From: a virus | Taxonomy: Duplodnaviria; Caudoviricetes | DNA: 29,503 nt | Reading direction: 5' to 3' (one strand) | Virus record (IMG/VR): IMGVR_UViG_3300038318_000171 | Span: 1-29,503 of that record | Shown: positions 23,776 to 29,503 of the stretch, piece by piece | Numbering within the stretch: the stretch's first letter is position 1 | Layout of the letters: each line of letters begins with the position of its first letter | The notes under the pieces: model-generated | What the model was told of the DNA's origin: nothing | The model's input: only the letters and a program-made list of their open reading frames with translations | Databases searched by the model: none | Position numbers and translations under genes: made by a program

Positions 23776-25554
23776 ATGGCAATTAATGCAGGTACAGTGG
23801 CAGCAATGTTAACTTTAGAGACAGGTAACTTTACATCTGCTTTGCAACGTGCAAAAAGCAATTTACAAGAGTTTGTAAAAGAAGGTAATACAGTACAACA
23901 AAAGATGAAAGCATTAGGCACAGCTATGACAGATGTTGGTACTAAAATGGTTAAGTCTATAACTCTACCTTTGACCGCATTAGCAACTGCTAGTATTAAA
24001 TTTGCAAGCGATGCAGAAGAAACTAATCAAAAGTTTGAAGCAGTTTTTAAAGAACTAGCTTATGACGTTAATACATGGGCAGAAGCCTTTGCAACTGGCA
24101 TCGGTAGAAGTAAAACTGAAATTAGGGATTTTTTGGCAACTATGCAAAATACATTAGTGCCACTGGGTATGACCAGACGTAAGGCGGCAGATTTATCTAA
24201 GACAATTGTACAATTAGGTCTTGATCTAGCAGCCTTTAACAATGAGTCTGAATCCGATGCAATAAATAGTCTGCAATCAGCACTTGTGGGTAATCACATG
24301 GCAATGCGAAAATACGGTATTATAATAAACGAAACTTTGATTAAACAAACAGCCCTAAACATGGGTTTTAGAAATAGTGTAGACGAATTAACCGAAGAAC
24401 AGAAAGCCTTAGTGAGACTTGAAATAATTATGAATGCAACAAAGGATGCCCAAGGCATAGCTGCAAAAGAAGCTAATAACTTTGCAGGACGTGTTAAAGC
24501 AGTTACTTCTCTTGCGAAAGAAGCAGGAGAACAAATAGGTGAGGTTTTATTACCACCTATAGCAGATTTATTAGGAACAATTAAAAGTGGATTACAATGG
24601 TTTACAAGCTTAAACGAAAATACTAAAAAGGTAATTGTGTCATTCGGTGCATTTGCCGCTGGTGCAGGTGTGGCATTGACTGTTGTCGGTAAATTATTAA
24701 TCTTTACTGCTAATTTTAGCAAAGCTATAAATCTATTAACAGCAGCCAAAACAGCAGAAAACGCAGTTAATAATATAGGTATTATAACAAAAGCTAAAGA
24801 ACTAATTGCATTAGGAGCAGCAAAAATAGCTAAACTTGCAGATATAGTAGTAACCAATTTAGCAACAGCTGCACAATGGTTATTTAATACAGCAGTGGCA
24901 GCATTTCCCTATTTATTAATCGTTGTAGGTATTGCAGCAATTATAGCAGCAGCCTATTTATTAATTAAAAATTGGGATCAAGTGTCAGCTTGGTTGTTAA
25001 AATGTTGGGATGGGATAAAAAAAGGTGCTGAGTATGTCGGTAAGGGTATAGAATATTTCTTTAAGTTACACTTATATGCAGTCTTAAAAATAGTTGACAT
25101 AGTTTATAACTCTATTGCTAAAACATTAAATTTTGGTATTAACATGATAAACATGGTTATAAATAGCGTATCTACTTTGTTATCGGTTTTAACAGGTAGA
25201 GAAGTTAAATTTAAGGGCATAGGTACAATAGAGTATATAGATACTGCAAGCAGTGTTAAATTCCCTGAATTTGCGAACGGTGGTATCGTAAATAAAGCGA
25301 TGTATGCCTTGGTGGGTGAAGGTGGAGAAAGTGAAGCAATTACACCTATATCAAAACTAATGGGTATGATCCAAACGTCTATGACCAGTGTACTAAGCAC
25401 GAAACAAGGACAAAACGCTATATCTAATGTCTCCAACAAAAACAGTAGTGTTTATAACATAAACGTAACAATACCAGCAAAAGATTTAAAAGAAATGCAA
25501 AGTATAAATGACTTTTTTAACAGAATGCAGCCAACAGCAAGATCAATGGCGTAA
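23776..25554 (+). CDS. Tape measure protein
   Basis: Ala-rich helical protein; DLAAFNN, ITLPL; C-terminal FANGGIV...LVGEGG.SEAITP. Confidence 0.9.
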   Translation: MAINAGTVAAMLTLETGNFTSALQRAKSNLQEFVKEGNTVQQKMKALGTAMTDVGTKMVKSITLPLTALATASIKFASDAEETNQKFEAVFKELAYDVNTWAEAFATGIGRSKTEIRDFLATMQNTLVPLGMTRRKAADLSKTIVQLGLDLAAFNNESESDAINSLQSALVGNHMAMRKYGIIINETLIKQTALNMGFRNSVDELTEEQKALVRLEIIMNATKDAQGIAAKEANNFAGRVKAVTSLAKEAGEQIGEVLLPPIADLLGTIKSGLQWFTSLNENTKKVIVSFGAFAAGAGVALTVVGKLLIFTANFSKAINLLTAAKTAENAVNNIGIITKAKELIALGAAKIAKLADIVVTNLATAAQWLFNTAVAAFPYLLIVVGIAAIIAAAYLLIKNWDQVSAWLLKCWDGIKKGAEYVGKGIEYFFKLHLYAVLKIVDIVYNSIAKTLNFGINMINMVINSVSTLLSVLTGREVKFKGIGTIEYIDTASSVKFPEFANGGIVNKAMYALVGEGGESEAITPISKLMGMIQTSMTSVLSTKQGQNAISNVSNKNSSVYNINVTIPAKDLKEMQSINDFFNRMQPTARSMA

Positions 25555-25566
25555 GGGGGTGGATAA

Positions 25567-27372
25567 ATGCCAATAGTAACGATACAACCAAAACCGGCAG
25601 AACTAAAAATAGCAAATTGTAAAAAAATAAACGGTGTTATCGAATCATTTTTTATTGATTATTGTTTTGTTGGTGCATGGTTTAAGTCCGAGGTACCAAC
25701 AATAAATGAATCGTTTATAAGATTTGATATAATGAAATATATTCCTCAAAACGTTGCTGTCAAAAAAGCAACGATGATGCTATACCCAAATAGTAGTAGT
25801 GGGATGGAGATACCAAACAATAGCGTTGATGGTATACATACTGTCGCAGTATATGAGTTAACTAGCCATTTTGCGGATGGTGGAGTTGTGGATACAGCGT
25901 CATACCCATCATATGATCCAGCAATTATTGATCAAAAAGAATTTCCTGAAAGTACGTGGTTTGAATTTGATGTATCGTCCACTGTGCAAAAAATAGTCAA
26001 TGGAGAACATGAAAATTTTGGATTTACCTTAAAACCACTACCGCTAAGTGTACCTGTAGGATCAAACTTTTTTTATAAGTATAATGGTAAACAAGGCGGA
26101 ACTATTCCTCAAGAGTTATGTGCAAAAATTGTAATTGAATATACAGACGCTTTAATCACTCCAAACAATCTATATCCAGACAATGTTAAATATAAAAAAG
26201 ATGAAGAAATTACTTTTAGTTGGAATTTTAACGGTTACGAGGTCTCAGATCGTCAAAAATTTTTTGAATTGCAATATAAAATAAATACAGGTGATTGGGT
26301 GACAGTAACACAAACAACCAGTAATCAATATTACACATTTGCAGCAAATACATTTACAGCAGGTACGGTGACTTGGAAGGTTAAAACAACAGATAACAAT
26401 AATACAACATCGTTGTATAGTAATGATGCAAGCTTTACGGTTGTTAATCCACCTGTAAAGCCTACAATAACCAATGATGCTACTGTAACAACAGCAAAGC
26501 CTACAATAACATGGACATCTACCAATCAAAAGGGGTATCATATAAAAATTAAAGATGCTGAAAATAATGTAATTTGGCAAGATAATAATGAGAATAGTAC
26601 AGCTAAAAGTAAGGCAATTGATATTATTTTGAAAAACACTAAAACATATACAATCGAACTAAAAATAATTGATAGCAACGGATTTTGGAGCGAAGCAGCA
26701 ACGAAAAATGTAATTATATCTGTCAGCAGTCCGGTAAAACCTAAGATGACATTAAAAGCAATTGATAAAAAAGCAGGTAAAACAACTTTTATAATTAATG
26801 CTAATGATTTATCTTTTTATGAAATATTTAGGAAAGCTGAAAAAGAAGATAATTACATTAAAATAGCAACCAACAAAACTGAAACAAATTACAGTGATTA
26901 TACACAAGCAAGCGGTAGGTCATATACCTATTTTGTTAGAGCCTATAATGCCGTATATGGTTTTACAGATAGTAATTTAATCACAGCTATATTAAGCATT
27001 GATAACAGCATAATTAGTTTGGTATCTGATCCACAAAAATACATTAATCTTGAAGTTAGGAACGTAAAACAAAGCAGTAAGGCAATTGATGTAAAATACA
27101 ATAAATATACAGGTAGGATAAATAATATCCCTGAATTTGGTGAATTTGAAGAAGAATCAATATCGTTAGAGTTTGAAACTTTTAACAAATTTGAATTTGA
27201 AACTTTGCAGGATTTGATCGATAAAAAAGAAACTCTATTGTATAGGGATGAGCAGGGTAAAAAATTATACGGTACTATAGCAAGCTTACAAATTGACGAA
27301 GATAAAAACATGGATTATTGGGTCTACTCTTTTGACTTTAAAAAATCTGATTTTAACGAAGAAGTGAGGTGA
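25567..27372 (+). CDS. Distal tail-like protein with N-terminal DNRLRE/CBM-like and FN3/Ig domains
   Basis: FIRFD...KATMMLY...WFEFDVS...ENFGFTL; FSW..Y..W.VKT and Y.D...G.SYTYFVRA FN3-like repeats; C-terminal LLYRD.QG; position after TMP. Confidence 0.65.
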   Translation: MPIVTIQPKPAELKIANCKKINGVIESFFIDYCFVGAWFKSEVPTINESFIRFDIMKYIPQNVAVKKATMMLYPNSSSGMEIPNNSVDGIHTVAVYELTSHFADGGVVDTASYPSYDPAIIDQKEFPESTWFEFDVSSTVQKIVNGEHENFGFTLKPLPLSVPVGSNFFYKYNGKQGGTIPQELCAKIVIEYTDALITPNNLYPDNVKYKKDEEITFSWNFNGYEVSDRQKFFELQYKINTGDWVTVTQTTSNQYYTFAANTFTAGTVTWKVKTTDNNNTTSLYSNDASFTVVNPPVKPTITNDATVTTAKPTITWTSTNQKGYHIKIKDAENNVIWQDNNENSTAKSKAIDIILKNTKTYTIELKIIDSNGFWSEAATKNVIISVSSPVKPKMTLKAIDKKAGKTTFIINANDLSFYEIFRKAEKEDNYIKIATNKTETNYSDYTQASGRSYTYFVRAYNAVYGFTDSNLITAILSIDNSIISLVSDPQKYINLEVRNVKQSSKAIDVKYNKYTGRINNIPEFGEFEEESISLEFETFNKFEFETLQDLIDKKETLLYRDEQGKKLYGTIASLQIDEDKNMDYWVYSFDFKKSDFNEEVR

Positions 27373-27376
27373 TTTT

Positions 27377-28492
27377 TTGGTTATTGCAAGACAAAGTTAC
27401 ACTAAAAAGCAAATGTTAGATATGCTATTTGCTAAGACAGGCAGCAGAAAAGTTAAGTTTAGATACGATTTATTAAACAGAGATAATCAAAAAATTACCG
27501 AACTAAAAAGCATTATATCGGGTGATGTTAGTTTTAATTCATTAGCAGAAATTAAAAGAACAGCAAAATTTAAAATAAAAGAAGATGAACAAATTAATTG
27601 GCTGAATGATAGAATTCAGCCTTTTATTCTTTTTGAGATGCCTGATAATAATTGGGTAGAGTTTAGCATGGGTATTTTTATAATGTCCAGTCCGACAAGA
27701 GTTTACGAAGATAATGTAATTGTTAAAAATGTAGATGCCTATGATTTAAGCTTGATTTTAAAACAGGATAAGTTTACAGATAGATTTGCTATCAGTCGAG
27801 GGGTTAAGTATTACGATGCAATTATTAAGATTTTATGTAGTGCAGGGATAGACATAAACGATATTGATATACAGCAGACCAATAAAGTCTTAGATAGAGA
27901 TATTGAGTTTGAAATCGGCACAGAAAAAAAGATAGCAATAAACCAATTATTAACCGAAATAAATTATACTTCTCTTTTTGTTGATGAAAATGGGATATTT
28001 ACAAGTTACCAATATATAAGTCCCTCTGATAGAGAAGTAGAAATAACTTATCAAGATGATCAATTTAGCGTATTATATCCAGATATACAACAAGAACTAG
28101 ATTTATTTGACATTGCTAATGTCTTTACTGTTGTTGCAAGCAATCCCGATACTTTACCTTTAAGCTATACTTATACAAACGATAATGCTAACAGTATCAC
28201 AAGCACAGTTAGCAGAGGCAGAAAAATAGTAGATTATAGGGAAATCGAAAATATATCCGATATGAACACATTAGAAAACTATGTAAAAAGAATAGCGTTT
28301 GAGGCAAGTCAAGTATATGGTCATGTTACTTTTAATACTGCAATTATGCCTATACATGGGTACAGCAATGTTTTAAATCTTAAAGATAGTAAGATGGGGA
28401 TTAATGATAAATATTCTGAAACAAGCTGGAGAATACCTTTAGAAACAGGCGGTAAAATGCAGCATACAGCTAGGAAGGTGGTCAACGTATGA
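27377..28492 (+). CDS. Tail hub/Tal-like baseplate protein
   Basis: Synteny; IKRTA, GIF..SSP, DAYD...L, INY.SL..DENG. Confidence 0.65.
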   Translation: MVIARQSYTKKQMLDMLFAKTGSRKVKFRYDLLNRDNQKITELKSIISGDVSFNSLAEIKRTAKFKIKEDEQINWLNDRIQPFILFEMPDNNWVEFSMGIFIMSSPTRVYEDNVIVKNVDAYDLSLILKQDKFTDRFAISRGVKYYDAIIKILCSAGIDINDIDIQQTNKVLDRDIEFEIGTEKKIAINQLLTEINYTSLFVDENGIFTSYQYISPSDREVEITYQDDQFSVLYPDIQQELDLFDIANVFTVVASNPDTLPLSYTYTNDNANSITSTVSRGRKIVDYREIENISDMNTLENYVKRIAFEASQVYGHVTFNTAIMPIHGYSNVLNLKDSKMGINDKYSETSWRIPLETGGKMQHTARKVVNV

Positions 28493-28728
28493 TTACACCG
28501 GGACAATTTTTAAATATAACTAAAGATGTAAAAACAAATAAATCTTTTAGGCTTGCAATAATTGAAAACGGATACACAGAAGGCAAGCCAAGAGTGATTT
28601 TTGATGGTGAAACTAAACCTACTGCTAAAAGATATCCTTATTTGGAGAGCTATATACCTACATCAGGTGATAGAATTTTGATGGTTTATGTTGGCGGTAG
28701 TTACGTGATTTTAGGGAAAATAAATTAA
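28489..28728 (+). CDS. Small tail-tip (spike-like) protein
   Basis: PRVIFDGE...YPYL.SY.P..GDRILM...YVILGKI. Confidence 0.6.
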   Translation: MITPGQFLNITKDVKTNKSFRLAIIENGYTEGKPRVIFDGETKPTAKRYPYLESYIPTSGDRILMVYVGGSYVILGKIN

Positions 28729-28740
28729 GGCGGTGATTTT

Positions 28741-29503
28741 TTGGTTACAAATAATTATGTTTTAAATTTAAATATTACTCAGTCCGACATCCAAGAAACG
28801 GATATACGAATTGTACAAAATGACTATAATGTAAATGTTTTTGAAATACATATTTTTGATGAGGATAATGAAATTAATTATGCTGATATCAGTAGTGGGA
28901 CTATAACTTTTAAACAGGCATATAAAGATATTGTTAAACAGGGTGATTTGGTTAAATCAGCTGATAAGCTTACTTTTACGTTAAAATCTATTAATTTTGA
29001 TGGTGATTGTCTCGGCAGTATACAGCTATTTGGAGCAAATGATGAAAGGATTACGACAACTTACTTTAAGATCAAAATAATTAAGGATTTAATCACAGAT
29101 AAGAGTGTTAAGACAACATCAGAATATCCGATCTTACAGCAAATTAAACAAGATGTTGGTGATATTGTGCCTTTGATTCCTCAAATTGAGGAGACAATTC
29201 AAGACTTCCCGGTGATTAGAGATTTTTTTGATACAGCAGAAGTGTCTGAAAATCAAAGGGTTGTGAACGAAATTGCACGACAGGCAAGTATATCAGACAT
29301 TGAAAACCGTTTTAATACCTTAACAACCAGCCAACAGCAGGATGCAGAAGTCATAGATGCCCGAATGGGAAAGGTATCTCTAAGAGCGAAAATTGAAGAT
29401 ATGGATGCGAAGTCTGCTGCACACTGGGCAGAAAGTGCGGCGCAAATAGAAAACATAAAAGGATACATCGGCTACACAAGCAATGACATATACGGTATAG
29501 AAG
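28741..29503 (+). CDS. BppU-like baseplate upper/receptor-binding protein (3' truncated; not in ORF track)
   Basis: RBS AAGGCGGTG, TTG start; MVTNNYVLNLNITQSD...RIVQND...ERITT.YF...SEYPILQQ...AEVIDAR; open to window end. Confidence 0.7.
   Translation, partial: MVTNNYVLNLNITQSDIQETDIRIVQNDYNVNVFEIHIFDEDNEINYADISSGTITFKQAYKDIVKQGDLVKSADKLTFTLKSINFDGDCLGSIQLFGANDERITTTYFKIKIIKDLITDKSVKTTSEYPILQQIKQDVGDIVPLIPQIEETIQDFPVIRDFFDTAEVSENQRVVNEIARQASISDIENRFNTLTTSQQQDAEVIDARMGKVSLRAKIEDMDAKSAAHWAESAAQIENIKGYIGYTSNDIYGIE

Noticed and set aside
2929-29468. Antisense or alternate-frame ORFs inside real genes (2929, 5939, 9489, 10876, 11206, 12245, 14842, 16147, 19717, 20152, 20731, 21724, 23068, 23673, 24060, 24294, 25104, 26245, 26331, 26943, 28321, 29253)
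   Set aside because: Shadow ORFs of well-supported plus-strand genes, without RBS or recognisable motifs
1-29503. CRISPR array, tRNA/rRNA, integrase, reverse transcriptase/DGR, intron or intein
   Set aside because: No repeat-spacer periodicity, cloverleaf, catalytic motifs or interrupted conserved genes seen by eye

Overview
AT-rich Firmicutes (Clostridia-like) siphovirus or prophage segment, almost all on the + strand. The left part (1-10.1 kb) is a replication/transcription region. It holds two cassettes of the form small DUF5659-like gene + DNA-binding/replication protein + downstream palindrome cluster (a winged-helix Rep-like protein and an SF2 DExH helicase), a RecD2-like SF1B helicase, a sigma-region-4/Zn-ribbon regulator, and an 869-aa YonO/RdRP-like single-subunit RNA polymerase (DYDSD motif). 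The middle (10.1-12.8 kb) is accessory: unannotated small membrane ORFs, a third DUF5659-like gene, an RHH regulator with an operator array, a lipoprotein, and an unannotated type I toxin-antitoxin-like locus. The right part (12.9-29.5 kb) is a head-tail module: TerS, TerL, portal, MuF with a JAB/MPN-like extension, scaffold, capsid, decoration, neck, tail tube, tail chaperones with a +1 frameshift site, tape measure, distal tail, hub and a truncated BppU-like gene. Non-coding highlights are a recurrent (G/C/A)AAA-N17-TTT(C/G) site, a dif/Xer-like 28-bp site between terS and terL, an antisense sigma-A promoter facing the polymerase, and several candidate structured RNAs. No integrase, lysis genes, tRNA, rRNA or CRISPR array was seen. 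Family assignments come from motif recognition by eye, not database searches.
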